NCBI RefSeq assembly: GCF_030144855.1
Contig: NC_082716.1
Span: forward strand, 43,586,001 to 43,650,000
From: Hypanus sabinus
Taxonomy: Eukaryota
Length of the DNA stretch: 64,000 nt
Direction: 5' to 3'
The first letter of the stretch is position 1; each line of letters begins with the position of its first letter. The notes beneath the pieces were generated by a model. That model saw only the letters and a program-made list of their open reading frames with translations, was not told where the DNA came from and did not search any database. The position numbers were made by a program, and so were the translations under genes. Positions 52,746 through 64,000 of this stretch are shown here, one piece after another.

Positions 52746-53314
52746 GAATATGCAGGTAAATTTTTTTCTCAGTATAAGGTGGGATAGGAGTACAATCCAG
52801 TCCTATTTGTTTCTGTAAGTGCAGGAATCCTGAATTTAATCAGGTATGCTATTTTCTGTATGTTACTTTGTGTAACTGTTTTTAGCCTAAAACAAAAACT
52901 GCTTTTCAATAATGTGTTGGGCTGAAGGATCAGACATGCAGTACACTCAATTTGATTTACTATAATATATAACTTGAGAATTCATGGCACATTTAAGTAA
53001 AATATTGAGAAATCCTATTTTGCCGAATTTTTACTCGGTTACATTTCTTGTGCAAAAGAATGGTAGGTTGCAAAGGTATTACCAACAGCCAGCATATACC
53101 TAATGTGATTAGAGTGGAATTTAGTTTGAGTCACATCTCAGCAGCAGCACACTTTTAAACCTTCAACAGGATTATTCTGTTTTTCATACCACAACTTGTG
53201 AGTAGAATGAGTAGTTTATAGGAGTGAGGATTATTAAAGCTATTGGGGACAAAGCATTGGTGGAGGCAAAAGATATTCATTTGTGTTTCAGGTTAAGATA
53301 CACCAACTTGGATT

Positions 53315-53440
53315 GATCCTGATGCAGGGTCTCAACCCAAAACAACATGTGCCTTTTGTCTTCACAGATGCTTCATTCACAAAGCCACATTTCTCCCAAT
53401 ATAGTTTCTTGTCCCAGATTCCAGCATCGGCAGTGCTTCT
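53315..53440 (+). mobile_element. Penelope pLTR-end remnant
   Basis: CTGATGC-A-GGGT-CTCA-ACCC-AAAAC ... agattccagcatcggcag. Confidence 0.6.
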
Positions 53441-54029
53441 TATTTTCTGACAACTTAAGATCAAAATAGATGATGAAAACATTAATGTAGCTCCTTGACT
53501 ACTGAAAATAAGAGAAAAGAGAGAAATAGGAATTACTTGAAGATTATATTAAAATAAAATACATAATTAAAAAGGCAAAATGAATTGAGAGAGCAAGTTA
53601 ACAATGTGCCAAATAGAAAAGTAAATTTTAAATTAAGTAGAAAGTACTGTTTTACCAACCAAGGAGACTGTTTGCCATTACATCACTCTGAATTTTCACT
53701 CCCAGCTTGTGTTGCAAATTTAATATGCAATCGATGTTCAAATGTACCAAATCCTTAAAATGAAGAGCAGAGAAGCATGTATTGAACAACAAATTTCACA
53801 AAGTCCTGGCACACCTCTCAAGCTGTTGAACTTGCTCAGGTTGTACATCAGTAACAGTGTGTACAGTAGCAATGCCATTTACTTTGCGTTGCATGCTGGT
53901 TTGTTACTGTATTACTACAATGAGGACACAAATTAACATGTATGAGTATTTCAAATAATGTTCATTCAGTGTTGATATATGATAAAATGTTGGACAAAAC
54001 TAATGTATTTTTCTTTTTTTAATAAACAG

Positions 54030-54260
54030 ATCGATTTGTGACATCTACCCACCTCTCACCTGCTACAGAATGGAACCGAATATATAATTATGAATTGTTG
54101 CTATTGCCAATTTACGCATAAAAAGCCAAAGATGTTGTGAAGTACACTGTATGCTGTATTTCATTAGTAATGTGCAAATACAAAGTTGCCATTAATGTAA
54201 CGGGTAAGAGCAAGGGAATGTACAAAATAAAAATAAATTAATGATGAACTTGCTACATTT
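54030..54260 (+). other. CC2D1B: Probable terminal (3' UTR) exon of CC2D1B with tandem AATAAA at 54226 and 54232
   Basis: Pyrimidine tract plus aacag acceptor ending at 54029; donor CAG|gtaaat at 52756; no transcript evidence. Confidence 0.5.
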
Positions 54261-54999
54261 TAACTTCAATTGTTATAATTTGCCTCCTTATAATTTAGTA
54301 CTTAAGAGTTCCACAGCGCCTTAAAGATTTACAGGCAAAATGTGTTATATTTATCTTGATTAGACTGTTTTGAAAGTGGAAGTTACAAGAAAATGTGTTA
54401 AAATATTAAAAACATAATTTAACTTACTTTGTTATTGAGGGTTTGACTTCCTTTGAATTCTCATTAACCATTTTTTGTTTTGATAACCTGAAAAAATCAG
54501 GTATTACAGGCAGTAAGTAGCCATGTCTTGCACTGTAATTTACATCAGTGCAATGTTAATCTAATACAAAACCAGTTTTTATTTCCATTTTGGTACATTT
54601 GGATCTTAATACATATAGGACTCATAACCCTTGTTCTACCTCTTGGCAGTCCCATGGACTCTATGGTGTAGGAGATGATTTATAGGGTAGAAAGTGCACT
54701 CTTAATATAAACTTAACAGGTGCCATGTGAAGCTCAATATGTGTATCTAAGTACCTAAGCTTTGGTGTTGCTAAGGTATAATCAAGTGTAACCAGTTTTA
54801 ATTTTTGTTCGGAGGATGTGGTTACACAGGTTTACATTTGTTGCTCACTCCTAATGCCTTAAATGAATGGCTTTGTAGTTTATTTTAATTTCCTGTCAAA
54901 TCTCTTTAAACATGTGAGAAGTAATTTAAGTATTAGAGATAGGAGTATTTTTATGGATTGTTGGTATTTTCAATCAAATCAATATATAGTTCCCATCAC

Positions 55000-55224
55000 A
55001 AACAAGAGAAAGTCTGCAGATGCTGGAAATCCAAGCAACACACATACAAAATGCTGGAGGAACTCAGCAGGCCCGGCAACAACTATGGAAAGGAGTACAG
55101 TCAACGTTTCATGCCAAGACCCTTCAGCATGACCTGCTGAAGTGTCATGGCCCAAGATGTTTATTGTACTGTTTTCCATAGATGCTGCCTGGCCTGCCAA
55201 GCTCCTCCAGCATTTTGTGTGTTG
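55000..55224. repeat. Palindromic Penelope-derived element (arms 55036-55129 and 55135-55224)
   Basis: About 90-bp imperfect inverted arms with a 5-nt loop. Confidence 0.8.
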
Positions 55225-55640
55225 AATATATAGTTATTTTTGGATGTGAATCTAAAGCTGTTACACCTGTATGCACTGTATTTTGGTTGATTTATTTTCA
55301 GTGTGCAAACTAACAGACTTAAACAGCGTTTGTCTTTTTGAGGTATTAATTTAGTAGAAGTGCATTTGGCATAGACAAACACACTGACATGTAGGCTATA
55401 GGTCAATAGATAAACTAGTTAGAACTTGATGGAACCATAAACCATACTGCTTTGAATATATTGTTTAAAAATTACACAAATGAACTGACAATCAGCGAGA
55501 CCAGACTATTTAGCTTGCTACATCAAAAGGCAAACAGTACAGTCAATATCCAAAACCATTCACCAGAACTGGAAAAGTGGGAAGATAAATTGTAGTGTAA
55601 TTTAAATTGTAGTCAAGAAAATAAATGGAATGTCAGTAAT

Positions 55641-55930
55641 AGGGCTGAAATGGTTGCCAGCACAGGTTTAAGGTGCTGGGGAGTAGGTCGAGAGGAGATG
55701 TCAGGAGTAAGTTTTTTTACTCAGAGTGGTGAGCGTGTGGAATGGGCTGCCAGCAATGGTGGTGGAGGCAGATACGATAGGGTCTTTTAAGAGGCTTTTA
55801 GATAGGTACATGGAGCTTAGTAAAATAGAGGACTATAGGTAAGCCTAGTAATTTCTAAGGTAGGGACATGTTTAGCACAACTATGTGGGCCGAAGGGCCT
55901 GTATTGTGTTGTAGATTTTCTATGTTTCTA
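55641..55930 (+). mobile_element. CR1-like 3' end, same subfamily as 33506-34090 and 61012-61491
   Basis: Shared ggtaagcctagtaatttctaaggtagggac signature. Confidence 0.85.
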
Positions 55931-56437
55931 ACAGGAGGGAGGCCAGAAGCAATATGAAGTTCCTTAAAGATAAACCCCACCAAGTCATTCTAGAGTAGCC
56001 AAAGTAACTTAAATTCAATAGCCCTACTGTAAAAATTACCCCTTTTAAGGATAGGCAAGGAGGGGGAATAGCAAATTAATTTTACTTCTGAGAACTGTCA
56101 ACAATAAAAGAAGCCCCATTTCTGGAAAAAATTCATAAACCTGGACCATGAATACTTGTATCCGTAGATGAGCATTTCCAGCACGTCACAAATATTGAAA
56201 TCTGAAGTATGATCAAAAGGGACAGTGTTTATTTTTTTCTTCCTCCTCACTGGGAAAATTGAAACTAATGAGTTCAATTAATACCTTCCTAATTTTAAGG
56301 TACCAAAAAAAACTTTACTAGTACATGCTCTCCCCCCCCCCCACCCCACCATCATTGCCTATACCTTGTATACCAAATAAACAGCAAGTTTTCAGAATAC
56401 TGTTAACAAAAAGACATACAGATTTATGCAAGAATAC

Positions 56438-56443
56438 TTTATT
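56438..56443 (-). terminator. Candidate poly(A) signal of ZFYVE9 (AATAAA on minus strand)
   Basis: TTTATT on + strand, U/GU-rich sequence downstream on minus; 56400-57635 looks like a repeat-free 3' UTR; other hexamers exist. Confidence 0.4.
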
Positions 56444-57635
56444 GCTGTTGTGTATTTAATGTGATAAATACTTAATTGGTATTCAATGAGGTTTTATTAG
56501 GAAACCATTTATTTGTAACCAGTTTCTAAAGTGCACATTTGACTTCTGCCAATACAAAAACTAAATTGAAATGAAACAGCATTTCACTTGAATGTACAAT
56601 GATTTTGTATGTCTTATATGCAAGGTAAAACCACATTTCCAGTCAGTGATATACAATTGAAGGAAATAGGCTGAACTAAGCTAATAATGTCTATTTACTG
56701 ATTCTTAAAAAGCCAATACTAGAGTTGTTTTTAAATAAAGGGAACATTTATTTACCTTATATTAACTATTCTTGAATTGCAAATGTCTCTAAATGCAAGA
56801 AAACAGATATACAGTGTATTTGGCTTTTAAACAACCATATTTTACATTTACTTACAGGAGTTCATTTGCCCAAGATTCTGCTTAATTCTGGCACAAAGGA
56901 TACTTTCCTCTACTTGGAGACTGCCCATAACAGCCCAATTGAAGCAGATTCTTCCCATGAAGGCTTTAAACACTAGTCCCTGTATATATGAACAATATTA
57001 CCTGAGGTGCCCATGCACCAGCAAATACAATTAATACAGCTGATACGAAATGCAGTATGGCTGAGAAAGTCATTAATTTTCTTTTAGAGTAATCTGTTTA
57101 TACACTATCTTTATTTCATGGCTAGAGATTACCACAATGTTCCATTATGTGGTTTACAAGGCATAGGTTAAGTGCTTCAAAATTTCAGACATACATTATA
57201 TACAACCTAAATATATTAACTGCTGATTGTGTCAGGGAAGTAGTGATACTGAGGTCATAAAGTATTTCTGTATTCTTCTCATATAATAGTGTCATAATAC
57301 CCACTTGTACCCATTTTATTTCAAATTGAAAACTTGTCTCAGAATCCTGAAGAATGATAAGCGGTTAATCCAGACAATGTAAACCAGTAGAAATCAAAGT
57401 TCATTCATGCTTCAGAACGGCGTCACCTTCAACCAAAGGATTAAGTCCACATTTAATAGAAAGTTGAAAAACAGGTAACCTGACCTTCATTACATCAACA
57501 ACAATGATCTATGGTGCATAGTAGATTCAGCAATAATGGAGCACCAAATCAGTTTTGTCATACCAATAGTCTAAAGTGCAAATGTTTTTAGTCAGAGCAA
57601 TGCACACCAGTGAGATGGAAAAGTTTTTCAGGTTT

Positions 57636-57797
57636 CTAGGAGAAGCTCTCCAGAATGTAAAAGATCAGTTCCATCACAACTGGCCCTTCACTCAGCTGAC
57701 ATGCTCCACCATGGATAACTGGAACCAAAGCGCTGTCAAGATCATTCATGTATTGTGAAGGAAGAGGTTGTCCATTGCTACCAGTTTGGTATCCAAC
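57636..57797 (-). CDS. ZFYVE9: ZFYVE9 (SARA) last coding exon: VGYQTGSNGQPLPSQYMNDLDSALVPVIHGGACQLSEGPVVMELIFYILESFS*
   Basis: Minus-strand aatcag acceptor; TAG stop; near-identical to the known SARA C-terminus. Confidence 0.96.
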   Translation of the reverse strand, partial: VGYQTGSNGQPLPSQYMNDLDSALVPVIHGGACQLSEGPVVMELIFYILESFS

Positions 57798-57829
57798 CTG
57801 ATTAAGGAAATAGAGATTTGTGGATCAAA

Positions 57830-57990
57830 ACACAAAAATACAACTGCAGATGCTATGGATCAAAGAACACGTACACAACGTTGGAATGGCCCCATTCCTG
57901 ATGAAGGGTCTCGGCCCAAAACATTGGCTACTCTTTTCTCACAGATGCTGCCTGACCTGCTGAGTTCTTCCAGTGTTGTGTATGTATTCT
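57830..57990 (+). mobile_element. Penelope pLTR-end remnant with the best-preserved hammerhead-like core
   Basis: CTGATGA-A-GGGT-CTCG-GCCC-AAAAC at 57898-57922. Confidence 0.7.
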
Positions 57991-58890
57991 AGAGATTTAT
58001 GGAAGTAGGTTTTCACAACAGAAGTTATAAAAACGAATTTCCATAACACCATTGAATCAAATGAAATATTTTACACTCAAAGGTACTCAATTCAAGATGA
58101 CAGCAACTTCTAAATAAAAAAACTGAGGATTACATTTAATACATGGTTAACCTACTGCATTATAAGGTTTATAGTTAACAATTTGGACATTTCATGCAAG
58201 TGGGGAAACTAATATACAAGTTATTAATCCCATCCATCTCAATTTGAATCAGGAATGAATCAATCTTTTACACTTACATTTCATGCCAGTCTATTCCATA
58301 GTATCAAAAATATATTACAATGTCCTAAATTCCTTCAGAAAAGTATATTTTGTAACTTTTAACATTCACACTGTTTAAATCTCTTCATTCACTTCCCACC
58401 ATCATAATCCTATTTTCACTTTAATTTCTTTCAAAATATACCTGATGAGAAGGCCATTAGAAGAGCATGATATAGATCAAAACCTAGACCAAAGGTCAAG
58501 ACTTGCATCACACACTTACACAAAGATTGGTGTACAGGTCATTATTTTCCCTCCTTCCCGTCCTATAAGTTGAATTTCAGAAAAGCAACTTCTTTGGTAT
58601 TAAGGTGCAATTAGGTTTTCAAGATGCTTTCAATCAACAAGGTGAGATAGTTCTGAAACCCTATTCTGTAAATAATGCACTGTTTAATTTTACTAAACTT
58701 GAAGCAATGAAATTGCAAACTGAAATCTTAAAATTCAGATATAAATTTTATAGGAAGTCAAAGCCTACAATGCTTAATTTAACTGAACACTACACCTAAC
58801 TTACAGCACTAATTTTACCTCCAAAGTAGCCAAATTACAGTAATTTACAGCCTTGTCTTTTTGTTAGCATAAAAATTTAGACTTTTGTAC

Positions 58891-59067
58891 CTGGTCTGAA
58901 TCTAGTGTGACACGGAGGCCCAGTTTTGATTTTCCATCTTCTTTTAGCAGTTTAAGGTGGGGACAGAGTGCCAAGCAAAATGCCTTGGCCATATTCTCTG
59001 CAAGTTTGCTGTGATCTGCTGGGTCACTAAGATCGCTTGGTTGTTCCTCACTCTGCAGGAAGAACAC
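58891..59067 (-). CDS. ZFYVE9: ZFYVE9 (SARA) penultimate coding exon: VFFLQSEEQPSDLSDPADHSKLAENMAKAFCLALCPHLKLLKEDGKSKLGLRVTLDSDQ
   Basis: attaag acceptor, CAG|gtacaa donor; phase 0-0; AKAFCLALCPHLKLLKEDG motif. Confidence 0.96.
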
Positions 59068-59267
59068 CTTAATAAGAAAAGATGACCAGTTTAATTACTT
59101 TAAATGAAATGGAATGCAATTCATAAACTTAAATTTATATAAAACCATAAGGCACTTTAAGGCATACTAATAAAATCTGAAACAATCACATACAGATGAA
59201 TGGACATGTGACCAGAAGCTGATATGCTTATAGTGTCCTGTAAGTGTTCAGCCCCCAACTCTGTTCA

Positions 59268-59303
59268 TACACACACACACATAAACACACACGCTCACAC
59301 ACT
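59268..59303 (+). repeat. Imperfect (CA)n microsatellite
   Basis: Direct reading. Confidence 0.8.
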
Positions 59304-61011
59304 ACAGAGAAATATTGGCAACAAGAGCAGAGCTACAAGTGAATTGATGTTTACAATGACAAATAACCTACACACTTAGAAAACCCAAAGACTGTTGCAT
59401 AAAAACACCTCACAGCACCTTTGATGGCTGCAAGATACCGTGAAGTATGGTACTGCAGAGTGTCAAATGACTTCACAGAATTCCACAGAACTTGCATGGA
59501 AAAAGGGTTTGTGTTTGAGGGATGAATGGCTTTTTAAAGATTAAAATCTCATTTGTACAGGCTTGAAATTATTAAATAATGACCAAATACTGTTATACAA
59601 ATACTGGTTAGGTATCTGATGGAATAATGATACTTATGAAGAGAATTTCCTGAATAAATAGGTGATTGATGACAGCAAAAAACACACTCTTCTGCAGATG
59701 GGACAGGAAATGCCTGGAAACTTGAGGGGGGAGCAGGAGGGAAACATGAGGGAAGGAGGAGCTGCAAGATGGTGTCTTCCTTCCACCATTTACCTTGAGC
59801 TTCCAATGCAAGAATTTGATGTTCTCAACTCTTTCACAAATGTTCCCTGACCAACTTAGATAGCAATGGGTACTCAAGTATCACTGAGAATGATACTTCT
59901 CTTTAAAGAAAAGGCTTTAAAAATATACTTGTATATTTGTTTGCTCCATGACAGCTAACCCCCTCAGTTGGAAGAATCAAAGTAAATTTCCAAAACCCAG
60001 CACTCAAGCCTCTATTCATTAAGCATCTGCATGACCCTCAGGCAGACAGAGGAAACGCCATTATTGTCCCATAATAGTAAATTGTTATCCTCTCATGAGC
60101 ATGCTCATTTTCAAGTAAGTTTAAATATCTGGTCACTGAAAAATCCTCAAGATAAACTCATAAGTATTAACAGTGGAATAGAAAAAAATGTACAACATTG
60201 GTTTGCTTCCATTTCCCACAAAGATAGACTAGGCAAGCATGACATTGTAAAAGATCATAGAGTACATCAAAAACCAAAGAGAAATTCCACAGAACACAAA
60301 TCTAGAGAGTTTCACACTAACTCAATGCTGAATGTAAAAATGTATTTGTGTATTTTCTCAAAAGGTACACCACAGAGATAAAATTATTTTATTCTATTAA
60401 AAAAAAAACTTTCCACCTTATCTGGTGTCCTGTGACCGCCTAGTCAATGTGACTGAGGTTGACTTTACTCTGAAAGTCTAATAATTGACCTAACTGAATC
60501 AAACTACTCTCTCAAAACACAACAAAATGACCATCCAGTCTAGACACCAAGGCAATGGACTTGAAAAGCCCCACACTAGCATGGGCTTCTGTATCCAAGC
60601 TGAGAGAGCTGTCCCATAGACTAATACAGCCTGCTAGTTACACTTCTACAACAGTGTTTCACCCAACACTCCAGATGGCAGGATGGACAGTAAAGATCAG
60701 TGTATAATATACTGGTGAGAAAAAATAGTCCTGGAAATGCTCAACGTGTAATCTGCTCCTCACAGGTTTAATGGCATCAGATCAACCACAGGGAAGAAAT
60801 ACTCTTAATTTACCATCTATTGTCCCCTCACAGATAGGGAATCATTAGTCTACATCGAACATCCCAAGAGAAGGAAGTTATTTAGCCACTTAAACCCATA
60901 CGACTGTTCAGAAGATGATGGGTGACTTATGATCCAATTCCATGCACCTGCCATCCATTAATATTTTGGTTTCCAAAAATTCACCGATCTCAGTGTTATG
61001 ATTAAATGACC

Positions 61012-61491
61012 ATAGAAAGGGTGCAGAGGAAATTTACAAGGATGTTGCCTGGATTGGGGAGAATGCCTTATGAGAATAGGTTTGAGTGAACTTGGCCTTT
61101 TCTCCTTGGAGCGAAGGAGGATGAGAGGTGACCTGATAGAGGTGTACAAGATGATGAGAAGCATTGATCGTGTGGCTAGTCAGAGGCTTTTCCCCAGGGC
61201 CGAAATGGTTACCACAGGTTTAAGGTGCTGGGAAGTAGGTACAGAGAGATGTCAGGGGTAAGTTTTTTACTCAGAGAGTGGTGAGTGCATGGAATGGGCT
61301 GCCGGCAACAGTGGTGGAGGCAGATACGATACTGTCTTTTAAGAGGCTTTTAGATACGTACATGGAGCTTAGTAAAACAGAGGGGTATAGGTAAGCCTAG
61401 TAATTTCTAAGGTAGGGACGTGTTTGGCACAACTTTGTGGGCTGAAAGGCCTGTATTGTGCTGTAGGTTTTCTCTATATCTATGTTTCTAT
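61012..61491 (+). mobile_element. CR1-like 3' part
   Basis: LGLFSLERRRMRGDLIEVYK. Confidence 0.88.
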
Positions 61492-62509
61492 GACCGAGCA
61501 ACAAATGCCATATCAAAAGTGTCCTAAATTTAAATACTTAAGGTGGATTGTCAGTCTTTTCCCTCAGTGTAGTGAATCTACAGCTAGAGAGCATAAGGTA
61601 AAAGGGGAGTTCTTACACAAAGAGCAATGGGTATACAGAACAAACTGCCAAAGGAAGTGGTAGAGGTGAGTAATGTTTAAAAGACATTTAAACAGGTAAA
61701 CAGACAATAAAGGTTTAGAGAGTTATGGACCTAACGTATAGACTTCTCTCTTCCGAAAGACCTAGAATTATTCCTAGGTCCATTTCCCCCACTCCCAGAA
61801 TCATCAAGCACAGAAATAGTTTCAATATATCCTCTCAGTTCCATTCAATATCATTTAAATTCTAGGTAGTACAATAGATTTAATTACAAATTACAGATAT
61901 AACAGTTATACTGTACTCTCTATCACACTCCCTCCACAGGAACACTTATTTTGTCCTTCCAGATTATACACATCTTCTACCTTTTTGAACTCTAGTTTAG
62001 AGAGACTACATTTCATAAGCACTTTTGATTATTTTCTGTGCATGGTTCCCAAGTCTTTGGACATACACTGCTTATAGGTGAAAAGGTACTGTACTTTCTG
62101 AAGTGGATTCCTTGCGTACACCCATTTGCTTAATCTATTAGTACTTACACATTGAAGCAATACTGAGAAAAGCAAATATGTATTCTGGCTGAAAGTAGTC
62201 ATACATCTATGTCCCAAGGATGGCTCAGTAGTAACACTATCCCAAGCAGTCACCCCAAGTTATCAAAGACAGAGCTGTCAAATTTAGTAACCAACATGCG
62301 GTGGAAGTGAAGAACGCGAATTTAACTCATCCTTCACCATTTACCATTTGTCCCTTCCAGTGTTTTCCATTGTACAGTCCTTAGAGACAATGTTTCGTTA
62401 CATAGTACCAGTGTACTGAACATAATAGTTCAGTTCACAACTGAAAACTCAAAGAAAATACTAGAACCTGGGAGTGCACCTGGATAGCAGGCTTAAATGG
62501 AGCACCCAC

Positions 62510-62956
62510 AATCTTCTATGTGGTGGTGTGCTGGGGCAATGGCATCAACACGGGTGATGCCAACAGGCTTAATAAACTGATCAGAAAGGCTGGCTCTGTT
62601 ATAGGAGTCAAATTGGACACATTGGAGGCTGTGGTAGAACAAAGGACCCTCCAGAAAACCCTGGCAATTCTGGACAATGTTTCTCACCCACTGCATGCCA
62701 CCTAGGCTCAAAAGGAGCACTTTTAGTAACAGACCAAGGCAACCGTGCTGCTCCAAAGTGCACAATATGATGTTATTCTTACCTTCTGCCATTTGGCTCT
62801 ATAATGAGTCAACCCACAGCCGGGGAAGTGATGACCCCGCTTCCTGTTAAGACTGTCTGAGGTAACTTAATTTTTATATTCTTTATTACTTCTAATATTT
62901 GTATAACTGTGCACTTGTAATGCTACTGTGACACTATAATTACTTTTGGGATCAAT
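62510..62956 (+). mobile_element. Rex1/Babar-type 3' fragment
   Basis: VVCWG, NRLNKLIRKAGSV, ILDNVSHPLH. Confidence 0.8.
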
Positions 62957-63795
62957 TATCTCTCCATGCAAGAAACTGTCCATCACAATCCATACTCTAA
63001 TGGCCTAGTTTATCCTTCACTATCATCAAGCCAGAGAACAAACTAGAAGATTGCCAAGAGCAGCATCAGATATTCCCTAAAAAAGGTGGAACCAAACATA
63101 GGTGCAATTCTACATCTACATTTACATGCCAACAGCATGCTATTGACTAAGCTAAACATAATACAAATTAGATGTTGGCATATCTAGTCATAAATGATGG
63201 CAGCAAATAAGAAAATCATAAATACTGCTATCCTTATGTTTTCCAGAAAGTGACTGTGAAAGTTAAGGATGAATCATTTTCAGCCAGAAAAGACAAATGG
63301 ATGATTCATCTCATTCTCCTCCTGAAATCCTTATCATTGACTATAGTTTTAAACCAAATTAATTCATTGTAGGTCATATTAAGATCCAGCATCAGAACTG
63401 GCTACCACAACCTAAAAAAAAAGCAACAACTCCTCCCCCCTCCCTTCACAGATACTACCCGATCCACTAAGCTCCTTCAGTAAATTGTTAATAACATCAA
63501 CACATGGGAGCATTAGTCATTACACTTGACCTTTTCCAAGCTAATAAAATCCTTTGATTCAGTCAACTGAGAGGACAGTGAAAAATTCTACTCAATTTTG
63601 GATAATCTTAGAAATTAATCTCCACATTTGTTACACCATGGTATGCAAGGTAGGATTCTGACTTTCTGGTCATATCCAATGCAAAATGGGTTTAACCAAG
63701 AGTGTACCATTACTGTTTTCTTCATTTTGCTCATCAGAACACTGCATCCCACCTTAAATAAGATTCTCACTGGAGAAGATAATCTTCAGGACAAA

Positions 63796-64000
63796 TAGTA
63801 GTAGTAGTAGTCTCTCGAAGTCCGAGGAAGACGAATGTGTTGCATAGTCAACGTCTGTGGGCACACATATGACTTCTGAGGCCGAAGTCCGAAGTACAGA
63901 TACGGTTGCAGATGCAGCAAGGAACAACGCCTGTTGGAGCAGGAGCGGACACCTTCCTGTGTCTTTCTTGACTCACCCTGAGGTGCTGCAATGTGCTAGT
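63796..64000 (-). mobile_element. RTE-clade LINE 3' end (runs off the window)
   Basis: Open frame ending PCCICNRICTSDFGLRSHMCAHRR* (stop 63848-63850); short UTR; (CTA)5 tail. Confidence 0.8.

Noticed and set aside
59100-63790. Further upstream ZFYVE9 exon (expected to end near KVIRWTE)
   Set aside because: No matching sequence found by eye; it probably lies beyond the window

Overview
Eukaryotic (vertebrate) genomic DNA, not prokaryotic. The repeat mix (CR1/HER1-like, Rex1/Babar, L1, RTE, Penelope, V-SINE, DeuSINE) suggests a cartilaginous fish, probably a ray; this is inference. Two genes lie tail-to-tail. On the + strand are the last 14 coding exons of CC2D1B (Lgd/Freud-2; DM14 repeats 3-4, C2 domain, stop at 52743-52745). 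I assembled them by hand into a continuous frame of about 493 aa with matching splice phases and one GC-AG intron. On the - strand are the last two coding exons of ZFYVE9 (SARA). Introns are packed with often nested retroelements, including a full-length but ORF2-broken L1 with a 19-bp TSD and an ETS+YY1 5' promoter. The most interesting non-coding signals are (1) a dispersed family of Penelope-derived short elements carrying decayed minimal type-I hammerhead ribozyme motifs, often as head-to-head palindromes, and (2) several microhomology-flanked templated insertions. Exon coordinates were checked base by base; repeat boundaries are approximate and family names come from motif recognition, not database searches.
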